DNA from: a virus
Taxonomy: Duplodnaviria; Caudoviricetes
Length of the DNA stretch: 31,752 nt
Strand: one strand, 5' to 3'
Virus record (IMG/VR): IMGVR_UViG_3300020042_001016
Span: 1-31,752 of that record
A program made the translations under genes and the position numbers. The notes under the pieces are model-generated. The model was not told the origin of the DNA, did no database searches, and was given only the letters and a program-made list of their open reading frames with translations. Shown here piece after piece: positions 1-9,030 of this stretch (position 1 is its first letter; each line of letters begins with the position of its first letter).

Positions 1-269
1 GCTTCAATGTTCTTTTGAGGATCACGCAAGTCTTTTTCGCTAAACCCCAATAACTTTCCAGTGCTAGGCAAAACTTGCATAACACCTATTTCGCCAGAGC
101 CACCATCCTCTTTGGAAAAGTTCAAACTGCCTTCTTTAAAAGCAATAGAGACAGCCAAACGTGGGTTGATCCCCATTTCTTTGGCTTTTTTTGCAATAAT
201 TAAAGCATTTTGCGCTTGTGACTCATTGAGTTCGTCAATAAATCCAAGTGGTGGTTGTTTGTCAGCCAT
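1..269 (-). CDS. Internal virion/ejection protein with N-terminal soluble lytic transglycosylase (SLT) domain; partial, runs off the left edge
   Basis: Not in the ORF track. Hand translation from ATG at 269 (AAGGAA upstream): MADKQPPLGFIDELNESQAQNALIIAKKAKEMGINPRLAVSIAFKEGSLNFSKEDGGSGEIGVMQVLPSTGKLLGFSEKDLRDPQKNIE. It has the SLT hallmarks: catalytic Glu after an 'LAVSIA' helix, GVMQV (GLMQ-like) and DPxxNI. Confidence 0.85.
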   Translation of the reverse strand, partial: MADKQPPLGFIDELNESQAQNALIIAKKAKEMGINPRLAVSIAFKEGSLNFSKEDGGSGEIGVMQVLPSTGKLLGFSEKDLRDPQKNIE

Positions 270-278
270 GTATATTCC

Positions 279-1949
279 TTATCGAAGTTCTGCGTCCAAC
301 CTTGCCTTGGCGTCTGAGCTAACTTTTGGCGAACTAGACGACTTCTTGGTTGATGGCGAAGTTGGTTTTACAGGATCAGGAAATTTTACGTTGGTATAAA
401 TTCCACGAATGGTTTTGTCGTAGTTATTAACCATGTCTATGTATTCAGGTGTGCGAGAAAACTTGTCAAAAGACATGTTGCCGTCAACCAAAGCATTTTT
501 AAGAGCGTCATCAAACTTTGCTCGTTCTTCCATGTGCTTGGACTTAGCCATGATGGTTTGGAAAGTGTCTCGAACGGTAGGCCCCATTCGATCAAAGATA
601 ACCTGTTCAAAGTTAGAAATTGACCCTTGACCTGATGCCAACGAGCGCAGACCAAATGTGACTTGCGCAAACAATGACAAGGCTTGTTGAGTCTTGCTGA
701 TTACGGTCTCAACACGTTGATCGTATTGTTGTCTAGTTTCTCCAGCAATTTTTGGCAAATTAATCTTGTTGGCAGTAAATATGTCACGCACTTGAGGAAC
801 GCTGATGCTAAAGCCTCGACCAAGGTTGATGCCATCTTCGGCAAGCTTGAGGACACCGTTCAGGAAGCCGGGTCGCTCCAGCACACCCGTCACCTGATCC
901 ATCCCCTCGCCTTGGAACAAATCTTGTATCACTTGCGCTGTTTGTCGTCTCGATCCAGCATCATTTCCAGCGTTAATTTTGGCGGTTGTGCGATCTGCAC
1001 GAGCTTTAGACAATGCTTCGCTTTCAGCTTTATTTGAAGCCAATTCCAACTCTTGCTGTTGTTTCAACTCTGTGGGATTCAGAGCACCTAATGGAGCAGA
1101 AGCAGGTCGACCAACAGGTGTAACTTCAGAAGGTTTGGCTTCAGAAGAAACAGATCCAGTAGATGGCGCTACAACTTGAGGCTGAGGGAATGTTGTATAT
1201 CGATCAATCAATTGACTTAATGTTTTGTAATTACCAGAAGCTCTTGCGTCGTCGTAGGCTATTGCATCTTGCTCAGACATGTCAATATTCATTGCCTTGC
1301 GACCAGTTGTAGGGTCAGCAGGGGCAAAGCGTTGAACAGTCGTCTTGCCGCCAAAAGGCGTGTACTTGTTTGTTCTCTTGTTGTATGCGCCACCCGCTTG
1401 AACAGAAGTGGCGTCCAATTCCATCTTGTACTCAGCCTCTAATACTTTGCCAAGATCAGGATTGGTATACATGATTTTGGAAATTTGACGAGGCGTAAGT
1501 GCGCCTTTGCTTGTTTGGACAGCAGGGCCTGAGTCATCTCCCTTAGGGGTCGCTCCTGACGTTGGCGATTCGCCTTGTGGCGATCCACCTATGGTCGGTG
1601 CTGTAGGTTGATCACGATCATTCAAATACTGTAGTCCTTGGGTCTTGCGAGCTTGTTCACGCTCGGCTTGGGCAAGTTGTAAACGCATTTGTGCGTTGTC
1701 CATGGCATCTTTTTGCTTTTGAGCCATGACGGGAATAACATTGCCAGCGGCTCCGCCTAAACCTTCGGCGAAGGAGCCAGTTTTGCCGGGCGTCAAGAAC
1801 CCCTGAGCCATTGCCAACATCACTGGATCAATCGACGGGTTCTCACGAGCCGTCAAAGCGGCTTGTATGCGCTCTAAAGCACTTTGGTACTTGGTATCCG
1901 CATCCTCATTGATGCCAGCCAATGGAGATAAAGCTAGTTTGGTTGCCAT
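279..1949 (-). CDS. Putative internal virion (DNA ejection) protein, 556 aa
   Basis: Long, helical, Ala/Gln-rich ORF with an N-terminal hydrophobic Gly-rich segment (LAMAQGFLTPGKTGSFAEGLG) followed by coiled coil. Lies between other core proteins downstream of the nozzle. Confidence 0.65.
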   Translation of the reverse strand: MATKLALSPLAGINEDADTKYQSALERIQAALTARENPSIDPVMLAMAQGFLTPGKTGSFAEGLGGAAGNVIPVMAQKQKDAMDNAQMRLQLAQAEREQARKTQGLQYLNDRDQPTAPTIGGSPQGESPTSGATPKGDDSGPAVQTSKGALTPRQISKIMYTNPDLGKVLEAEYKMELDATSVQAGGAYNKRTNKYTPFGGKTTVQRFAPADPTTGRKAMNIDMSEQDAIAYDDARASGNYKTLSQLIDRYTTFPQPQVVAPSTGSVSSEAKPSEVTPVGRPASAPLGALNPTELKQQQELELASNKAESEALSKARADRTTAKINAGNDAGSRRQTAQVIQDLFQGEGMDQVTGVLERPGFLNGVLKLAEDGINLGRGFSISVPQVRDIFTANKINLPKIAGETRQQYDQRVETVISKTQQALSLFAQVTFGLRSLASGQGSISNFEQVIFDRMGPTVRDTFQTIMAKSKHMEERAKFDDALKNALVDGNMSFDKFSRTPEYIDMVNNYDKTIRGIYTNVKFPDPVKPTSPSTKKSSSSPKVSSDAKARLDAELR

Positions 1950-1958
1950 ATTTTTGCC

Positions 1959-2975
1959 TTATCCCATAGTATCAGAGGGGGGTACTGCATCGCCTGTAAA
2001 GTCGCCTTCCCCAGATCCAGTAGTCGTTGTTGTCTTAAAAAGATCGGTGAAATCTGGAAGCGATGGTGAGATTTTTTTGAGTAGGTCTGGCAAGCCATAC
2101 AAGAATCCAGTCTTTGTAAATTTGCCAGTAAGAGGATCGGTAACACCACCCAAGCCAGAACCCAAAAGAGTGCCAAGACCAGCGATTTGGGACATGGGGG
2201 AGGGGCTGTAGACGCCCGGGATCGGGCCTGTCGCAGACTCCGTTGTGGTTGTCGGTTGTGTGTACCCACGCAACAACGCAGACACGTTTGTTGCGTTCTT
2301 GAGCGGCGCATCAATGATCGATTGATTAAACGCTTGTTGCTCCGCACCACCTTTGGTCAACGCTCCTGCACCCTGCAAGCCAAGCAATTGTTCCTGACCA
2401 GCCAAGTTGGCTTGTGTAGTAGCCGCTTGGTTAAACAAGTTGCCTTGGTTGTACGCCGCCTGCATTGCGTCAGCGTAACCCTTTTGCAGTGCGCCAGTCT
2501 GTTGACCAGTCAAGTTTGCCTGCATATCAGCCATGGTTTGACCCAAAGCGCCAGCATATCGTTGACCACCCAAACCACCTGAACCCACAAAACCAGCTTT
2601 CATCTGAGGCATGACGTTGCGTTGGATGTTTTGTTGTTGCAGTCGCTCCATCTCATTCACCACGTTCGAGGTGTATGGATTCATAAAACTTTGAATCATG
2701 GTAGGAGACATGCCTTCGGCGGCTTTACCTGCGGTGGTTTCTGCGGCAGTTAATTGAGGTATATACGATGCGGCGGCAGTTGGAAGCTGTCCATACCCCT
2801 GAGTCTGCATCTGTGTTAAAGGAGAAACCATCTGATTCGCAGGCTTATCAAGGGCGGTTTCTCCAACACCTGCCAACTTTGTTTGATAGTCAGTCCAATA
2901 CTCTGGGGCGACAGAAGCGGTTGTCTTTTTGGTCGTTACGTCTGGTGCGGCAATGCCTTGAAACATATCTGCCAT
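1959..2975 (-). CDS. Putative internal virion/DNA transfer (pilot-like) protein, 338 aa
   Basis: Gln/Ala/Gly-rich, with FMNPY and GFVGSGGLGGQR motifs and a C-terminal Gly-rich hydrophobic helix (IAGLGTLLGSGLGG), typical of podovirus ejection proteins. AGGAG RBS. Confidence 0.7.
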   Translation of the reverse strand: MADMFQGIAAPDVTTKKTTASVAPEYWTDYQTKLAGVGETALDKPANQMVSPLTQMQTQGYGQLPTAAASYIPQLTAAETTAGKAAEGMSPTMIQSFMNPYTSNVVNEMERLQQQNIQRNVMPQMKAGFVGSGGLGGQRYAGALGQTMADMQANLTGQQTGALQKGYADAMQAAYNQGNLFNQAATTQANLAGQEQLLGLQGAGALTKGGAEQQAFNQSIIDAPLKNATNVSALLRGYTQPTTTTESATGPIPGVYSPSPMSQIAGLGTLLGSGLGGVTDPLTGKFTKTGFLYGLPDLLKKISPSLPDFTDLFKTTTTTGSGEGDFTGDAVPPSDTMG

Positions 2976-2977
2976 AG

Positions 2978-5900
2978 TTATCTCCTTGCCTTACTAGGCT
3001 TGCGATGCAAAAAATCTAGGGGTGACTTAATCTCAGGTGGTAGATCTTTTGGTTTTGCTGATCTAACGTGAGCACGAATTCCATGCATCATGTCGTAGAG
3101 TTTATCCGAACCAGCCTTTGTTGAGCCATTTCCTATAGCCGCCACCACGTCAGCAGGGAATACAAATTCCCCATCCGCCAGCATGGCAGGAATGTCGTCT
3201 GACTGACCATCACCCTCACCAGAAACAGCGTCTCCACCACGGAAATCCACCCTCATCTTGCCACCAGACGCCATAAGCGGTGTAGACATGCCTCCACTTG
3301 CATAACGACCATAGCGAGTTCCTGTAGCCCCTCCAGCCGCCATCAAAGGGGTAACCAAGCCACCACTTGCGGCTTGCAAGTTTTGGTAGTCAGGGTTAAA
3401 GAAGCTTTCAATAGGTTGGAGTTCGCCAAACTTGTAGTAGGGGCTGGTCTCTGGCGCACCAAGCTGTCCAAACTTGTAGTACATGGGCATTTCAGAATCG
3501 GTTGCTTGTGTCATTTCAGATAAAGAAAGTGGCGATGGTGGTTGCATTTCAGCAAATTGGTTCTGTTCAACTTCAGTAGGTGCAACTATCTGCTCATTTT
3601 GCAGATTTAGCAACTCCCTAAACTGATCCACATCTGAGGGCTGTTGTTCAGCAAATGTTTGAAACTCTTGTGGAGCCTGAATGGTTTCTTGGATCTCCTC
3701 AGGAGCTCGTGCAGACAAGGGGCTGGCAAAGGGTTCGTCTGTCTCTTGTGACGCCAAGAACGTAGGTTTGAGCGGCTTTGGAGCTACTCCAAGAGATGTA
3801 GCGTCCTGAGGGTTGAACTGTTGAGCAAAAGACACCTCCTCAGGTTGTTCAGGCGCTTTGGTCTTTATGACCTTGGGCTTAACGGGTTTGAGATCAGGTG
3901 TCTTCTCTGAAGGCGGAGCTACGTAGACCCAAGGTTTGCCAGTCTTAGGGTCTAGGGTGATGCTGTAGTCTGGGTTGTCTTTTACTGAAGGAACAGGAGG
4001 TAAGACGGGTTTAAATGGATCTTCGTCTTCGGGTTTTTTATCTTCGTCTACGAGTTTTTTAACTTTGTCTTCAGGTTTTTTAATTGGAGGAGGTGGCGGT
4101 TTTGGCTTCCAATCAGGAATGAGGTCTACAGGTTTTGTAGGTATAACAGAATCTTGTTTGGTATCTTGTTTGGTATCTTGTTTTGGAAGAATGGTTGCGT
4201 TAGTTATTGGCGTATTAGGAAACAGACGCTCCAAACTAACTGGTGCTCCATCTGGCGTGTAACCAATAATTCCTTGATCTAAGTCTTCTTGCGTAACACG
4301 TTGAGTCGCACGAGCAGAATCATCCACTCGCATAGCTTCACCAGACTCATTTCTAATAATGTAATTATCACGATTGATTTGCTGACCCTTAGAGTCGTAA
4401 CCCAAAACATTATCAGGATCTGTATCTTGTGCAGGCTTAACAATCGTTGGAACGTAATACTCTATAGGTCTACCCTGTGAGTCATAGTCCAAAACAACTG
4501 TAGTTACGTCTCTTCCGCTTGGATCAATTTCAATGGATGTCAACGGCTTTAGCGGGGGAGGATTTAAAGCTTCCCACAATTGAGCGGCTTCACGTCTTGC
4601 TTGCTGTAACTTTTCAAATTCAATCTCTTCTGGCGCTCCAGCCTCACCTGTGTATGTAAGCAAATCAAATAATGTACCTATAGGGTTAGCTTTCCCTAAA
4701 GTCTTGAACGCATCTGTTGCCTTGTATAGTTTGCTTGCTTGTTGAGGCGCTGTCTTTGCTTCAATATCAAAAATTCCAAGCAGAGCATTTGCTTCTTCTT
4801 TTGTAATGTTTGCTCGTTGAGCGGCAGACACATATTCATTCTTCAAAAGATCTGGGTTGTAGTGCGCTAATGCTCTCAAAACATCGCTTGGCATTGTTGC
4901 GCTCTTAACACCCATGCGCTCAAGCGAACGCATAACACGAGCATCATCTTCTAAAGTCCCTGCGGCAGACACCAATTTGTTTGTTGTTGAATCAATGACA
5001 ACTTTAATTTGTCTTTCATTTCCGTTGGCGTCAATGTCGACTACAAACGCTTCTTTAGAAAACGGATTAATGTTGAACTTGTTTGGATCTACATATGGTT
5101 TGGGAGGTGGTTCAAAGTCAGCCATCTCACCCAAACGAGCTTGAGCAAACATAGTGTCAGTCACTAAGTTAATGCCAATGCCACCTTTTTCTGGCTTGTA
5201 CCCAGCCAATGTCTCAAACGACTCTGTATTTGCCTGACGTATAGCTTGGTCAGCACGAGTGTTAAGAGTGTCTTCAGGGGAAGTTGTAGCAAGAGCCTTT
5301 GCCTCAGCCTCAGATGGATCACGTTGAAACTTGTCTTTAAAGAATTGAGTAACCTCTTCAACATCAGTAAACAATGGGTCAAGGTATGTATTAATCTTTG
5401 GAAACTGTTGGGCTTCTGGAGTCGCACCAATATAACTTTGCAGTTCCTCTTGAGTTGGATTGCGACCCAATGATTCTTGGAACATTTTGGTAATTTCATC
5501 AACATCCGTATACAAGGGGTCTACATATACTCCCATTTTTGCCACTTGTTGGGCTTCTTCAAACTGCCCCCTAAACGCCATTACTTCTTCTGGAGTTGGA
5601 TTTCTGCCTAAATAGCCGTTGAAAAAATTAATTATCTCTTCTTCAGTTGTAGCAAATGGATCAGCTTCTGCTCTTGCTTGAGCCAACAATTGTTCTTGGT
5701 CAACGTCAGATTTAACAAACCTCTCTATTTGTTGAGGCGTTAAGTTGGTGACGCCTTCACGAGCAAATGCTTGACGTGCTTGCTCTTCAGTAACAGATTT
5801 TGTTTTGATGTAAGAATCAATGTCTTTGTTGACTTCTGAAGGGGTGGAGTAAAAAGCAAATTTTTGTATTTCCTCTGCGGTAGCTGGTCTTCCAAACTTG

Positions 5901-6793
5901 TCGCTAATCTTCTTGTAAGCAATTACGCCATTTGCGGCTGATTGCAGACCAGAGGTAAGGAGAGCTTGAGTGGCGGCGTCCTCGATGGGCTTGTTGAGTA
6001 GTTGGGCTTGGATGGTGGAACTTAAAACATTCTTTGCGGGTACGGGAAGCTCGGAGTAGCCGGGGATCAAGTTCAACATCCCCGCTGTCGATCCTGCCAA
6101 CGACCCACTCAAAGACGCTTTAATTTGATCCGAAGATTGCCCTGTTGCTACGCCTTGTGCAACCGTAGCTGATGCATTGACAATTGCTGACGTGATCTGT
6201 GGATTTTTTACCAAATCATTTACATAAGGCGTAAACTTTTCAGCACCAATATTTACTGATGAATTGATAATTGCAGACTGTAAAGCTTTCTCGAAAGGAA
6301 CGCCTGAAGCTACTGCAACCGCAGTTTGTGCAACAGCAGTTGATACGGCTGTGATTGTGGCGGCAGAGACTCCTGCTGGTAAAGCGGCGGCAACGAATGG
6401 GCCTATGTAAGCCGCCGCATAAGGCATTGCAACCATCAAAAGAAGTTGTCCAGCAGGCTTGGCTAAGATCTCTTCTTTTACAACATCTTCTACTTTAGCC
6501 AAAGCTTTTGAGACTGGCTGAACAACAGGTTGAATAATTGCGTCATCAACTTGTGACGCAACATTGCTTACTGTTTGAACTGGATTAGTTACTGCGGCTT
6601 TGGCATTAGAAGCACTAGCTTGTTTCCAAAACTTTTTATACTCAGGCAAACCAGTATTAGGATTGATTGTCCCAGAACCACCATGCGCTTTCAGCAATCT
6701 TGCTTCTTCAGGGCTGATGTGAGCCAACATGGTGTCACCACCACGACCCTTAGAGACTAAGTCTTGTATTTGCTTTTTTGTCAGCTTTGTCAT
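2978..6793 (-). CDS. Giant internal virion/ejection protein, ~1271 aa, with tape-measure-like C-terminal module
   Basis: Start placed at MTKLTKK (6793), just after the upstream TGA. Contains an N-terminal GRGGDTMLAH..GGSGTINP.TGLPEY module, Ala-rich hydrophobic helices, internal repeats, a Pro/Lys-rich linker and a C-terminal xAxGG..G.G.GQSDDIPAMLADGEFV module. Confidence 0.8.
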   Translation of the reverse strand: MTKLTKKQIQDLVSKGRGGDTMLAHISPEEARLLKAHGGSGTINPNTGLPEYKKFWKQASASNAKAAVTNPVQTVSNVASQVDDAIIQPVVQPVSKALAKVEDVVKEEILAKPAGQLLLMVAMPYAAAYIGPFVAAALPAGVSAATITAVSTAVAQTAVAVASGVPFEKALQSAIINSSVNIGAEKFTPYVNDLVKNPQITSAIVNASATVAQGVATGQSSDQIKASLSGSLAGSTAGMLNLIPGYSELPVPAKNVLSSTIQAQLLNKPIEDAATQALLTSGLQSAANGVIAYKKISDKFGRPATAEEIQKFAFYSTPSEVNKDIDSYIKTKSVTEEQARQAFAREGVTNLTPQQIERFVKSDVDQEQLLAQARAEADPFATTEEEIINFFNGYLGRNPTPEEVMAFRGQFEEAQQVAKMGVYVDPLYTDVDEITKMFQESLGRNPTQEELQSYIGATPEAQQFPKINTYLDPLFTDVEEVTQFFKDKFQRDPSEAEAKALATTSPEDTLNTRADQAIRQANTESFETLAGYKPEKGGIGINLVTDTMFAQARLGEMADFEPPPKPYVDPNKFNINPFSKEAFVVDIDANGNERQIKVVIDSTTNKLVSAAGTLEDDARVMRSLERMGVKSATMPSDVLRALAHYNPDLLKNEYVSAAQRANITKEEANALLGIFDIEAKTAPQQASKLYKATDAFKTLGKANPIGTLFDLLTYTGEAGAPEEIEFEKLQQARREAAQLWEALNPPPLKPLTSIEIDPSGRDVTTVVLDYDSQGRPIEYYVPTIVKPAQDTDPDNVLGYDSKGQQINRDNYIIRNESGEAMRVDDSARATQRVTQEDLDQGIIGYTPDGAPVSLERLFPNTPITNATILPKQDTKQDTKQDSVIPTKPVDLIPDWKPKPPPPPIKKPEDKVKKLVDEDKKPEDEDPFKPVLPPVPSVKDNPDYSITLDPKTGKPWVYVAPPSEKTPDLKPVKPKVIKTKAPEQPEEVSFAQQFNPQDATSLGVAPKPLKPTFLASQETDEPFASPLSARAPEEIQETIQAPQEFQTFAEQQPSDVDQFRELLNLQNEQIVAPTEVEQNQFAEMQPPSPLSLSEMTQATDSEMPMYYKFGQLGAPETSPYYKFGELQPIESFFNPDYQNLQAASGGLVTPLMAAGGATGTRYGRYASGGMSTPLMASGGKMRVDFRGGDAVSGEGDGQSDDIPAMLADGEFVFPADVVAAIGNGSTKAGSDKLYDMMHGIRAHVRSAKPKDLPPEIKSPLDFLHRKPSKARR
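4151..4183. repeat. 12-bp tandem repeat (atcttgtttggt, ~2.75 copies) encoding KQDT-KQDT-KQD
   Basis: Read directly: atcttgtttggt atcttgtttggt atcttgttt. Confidence 0.9.
5270..5905 (-). repeat. About five degenerate ~40-aa protein repeats (T..E[EV]...F...LGR.P..EE) in the giant ejection protein
   Basis: KFGRPATAEE, TEEQARQAFAREG, TEEEIINFFNGYLGRNPTPEE, DPLYTDVDEITKMFQESLGRNPTQEE, DPLFTDVEEVTQFFKDKFQRDPSEAE. Confidence 0.8.
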
Positions 6794-6794
6794 A

Positions 6795-7067
6795 TCAGTT
6801 AACCGATGGGTTGACAGCATTGACTAGCTCTTGCGCCCAGTCTTGCCAATTGTTGAATGCATCCGCCATTGGTATTGCCTCATTGCTAAACACATCAATA
6901 GCTCGAATACCGTTCCCCCAAATCTTCCAATCTGTTTGAGGGCTTGGTATTTCAAGTTGTTGTGCCGCATATAGCTCACACATCAAGGATGCCCATGATT
7001 CAAACGTATGTCCCCTTGGGTCATATACCAACGCAACATTAAGAGGACTATTAGTAGCCACGTACAT
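6795..7067 (-). CDS. Small hypothetical protein after the nozzle (Trp-rich); start may be GTG at 7061
   Basis: Fills the gap between nozzle and ejection genes. AGGGGA lies 5-6 nt before the GTG at 7061. Confidence 0.75.
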   Translation of the reverse strand: MYVATNSPLNVALVYDPRGHTFESWASLMCELYAAQQLEIPSPQTDWKIWGNGIRAIDVFSNEAIPMADAFNNWQDWAQELVNAVNPSVN

Positions 7068-9030
7068 CCCCTATGTTTGCCGCTAACAATAAGCGACCAA
7101 GTTGGTAGTCTCCGCCTTGCGTGTTGCTGAGAAACTTCAATCGCAGTTCACGTCGTTGTTCACGCATATCCACTCTATGTGTTTCAGGATCAAAGAGGTA
7201 CGGCCCTGTCGTGCTGTCATACGCCTGCGCATATGGTCTACCAGTCACGTACACCTCCATCTCGCCTGATTGAATAAAGTCAGGCTCTATCCACTCTAGA
7301 TGCAACCATACGTTGTCGCCAACCATCGATGGCTGTGAAGGCCCACCAGAGACGAGTCCAAGATCATTTGTTTCAAAGTAGCTCTCAATCGCATTGATGG
7401 CTATTCCTTGAATAGAGTCAGTCCCTATTTCATGTTGCCACAAAGACACCAACGACATGGTAGCGCCCAATAGCAATTGAAATCCTGAACCAACTGGAAT
7501 AGAAGCAGACAAGACATCTGCTGATGTGTATCCAGTACCACGATTGGCAATTACCACCGTGGTTACTATTCCTCCTGCAACCGTAATGTCTGCTGTTGCG
7601 CCAGTGCCAGTACCGCCAGTCAGAGCTTTAGAGAGGTACGTACCATTGGTGTACAAAGTTCCACCAGCAGAAATACTATAAAAATTTACGCCACCAGTTG
7701 AATTTATTGTAGTTCCAGCTTTAATTGGATAATGGAACACCTCTGAAAAATATCCAGAAGCTCTTTGCGAACCATTGGCAAGACCAGTGTCATACCAAGT
7801 GTTCTCACGTATGTTGTAAATAATTGCATCAGTGCATTCTGTGGCGTCTCCACGTGGGTAAAACCACCAAATCTCACCAAAGCGTGGGACTTTTGTTGCC
7901 CAAACTTTTTGTCTTTGCGAATAGTTTAGGTTGTCAAAGAAGTAGTTTTGGTTCATGTTATTGGGGATCTCTTTGACCACACCGTTGTACATGAGGAAAC
8001 GATCAACACCGCACCAATAATAAATGCCGTCATACTCAATGGCAGATTGGCTAGAAAGAATTGATGATTGGCTGGTAATAATGTCATAGCGCCAATATTG
8101 AGCAGGCGTTCCAACGCCACCAATGTAGGACACCCTTACCAAGCTATCTAAGCTCCAAAACAACCCTGAAGGCGAGTTTGAACCGCCCCTAACAGGTAGC
8201 CCTTGGACAATCTTGCCAGTCGCCACATTAACCTCGTTAGCGTCCGCAGAGACCCAATCATTTAAATTAGCCGCCGAACAGTTTCTAATAAAACCATTGT
8301 TGCCATACACAAAAACATAAGGGTGTAGGGTAACCACGCCACCAGAAACGGATACGTTGTTGTCAAAGGTTATGGTCACAGTACCACTAGCAGTTGCTGG
8401 ATTGGAGATGACAACGGTAGTGGTTGAAACGGAGACCACAGTAGTGTTTGCAGGTATGCCAGTGCCTGTAACGGTTTGTCCAGCGCCAACCAAGGAATTA
8501 GCGACAGACAAAGTGATAGTTGTATTGGTGTTGACAGTAGTGGCAGTGGCGGTAAAGACGCCAATGCGAGTCATGGTGGTTCCAGTGGAGGAGCCAGCAA
8601 GAACGGGGGTGTTGGTGGAGTTGTCGATGAGTTGGAGGTTTTGACCGGGGTGCGCAAGGATCACACTCGCCCCTCCCCCACCTACATCAAAAAACCCATC
8701 AAACTGCCACAAATTGTTGGCGTTTGGCGTAAAGTAACTCAGCGTAAAGTTTAAGAGCCCTGCGCCAATTCCATTGTTGTCAATTGGGAGCAATTGCAAA
8801 CCATCCGCATAGCCGTTGTAGACGTTGTTAAAAGCTTGTTGTGGGTTAACAAAGATCCCTCGACTAGGGCCTGCCAAGTTGTTTACGATCTCACGATAAC
8901 CGAGTATCTTGCGAGGACGACCACGTTGAAAGCGAACCCATCTACCGTCGTTGTAGAACTGTTTATCAAAAATAGTTCCATCCCGTTGGATGCCGGGCTG
9001 GGTGTCGAGGGCAAATACTTTCTTCGTCAT
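7051..9030 (-). CDS. Tail nozzle/stabilisation protein (P22 gp10 / T7 tail tubular B-like beta-propeller) with two inserted beta-rich domains
   Basis: 659 aa. N-terminal PGIQRDGT..WVRF.RGRP.KI.G motif, aromatic beta-propeller-like core (FGEIWWFYP..C...IIYN..E..WY), C-terminal IEPDF..R.LRLKF. Lies just before the ejection genes. Confidence 0.75.
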   Translation of the reverse strand: MTKKVFALDTQPGIQRDGTIFDKQFYNDGRWVRFQRGRPRKILGYREIVNNLAGPSRGIFVNPQQAFNNVYNGYADGLQLLPIDNNGIGAGLLNFTLSYFTPNANNLWQFDGFFDVGGGGASVILAHPGQNLQLIDNSTNTPVLAGSSTGTTMTRIGVFTATATTVNTNTTITLSVANSLVGAGQTVTGTGIPANTTVVSVSTTTVVISNPATASGTVTITFDNNVSVSGGVVTLHPYVFVYGNNGFIRNCSAANLNDWVSADANEVNVATGKIVQGLPVRGGSNSPSGLFWSLDSLVRVSYIGGVGTPAQYWRYDIITSQSSILSSQSAIEYDGIYYWCGVDRFLMYNGVVKEIPNNMNQNYFFDNLNYSQRQKVWATKVPRFGEIWWFYPRGDATECTDAIIYNIRENTWYDTGLANGSQRASGYFSEVFHYPIKAGTTINSTGGVNFYSISAGGTLYTNGTYLSKALTGGTGTGATADITVAGGIVTTVVIANRGTGYTSADVLSASIPVGSGFQLLLGATMSLVSLWQHEIGTDSIQGIAINAIESYFETNDLGLVSGGPSQPSMVGDNVWLHLEWIEPDFIQSGEMEVYVTGRPYAQAYDSTTGPYLFDPETHRVDMREQRRELRLKFLSNTQGGDYQLGRLLLAANIGDVRGY

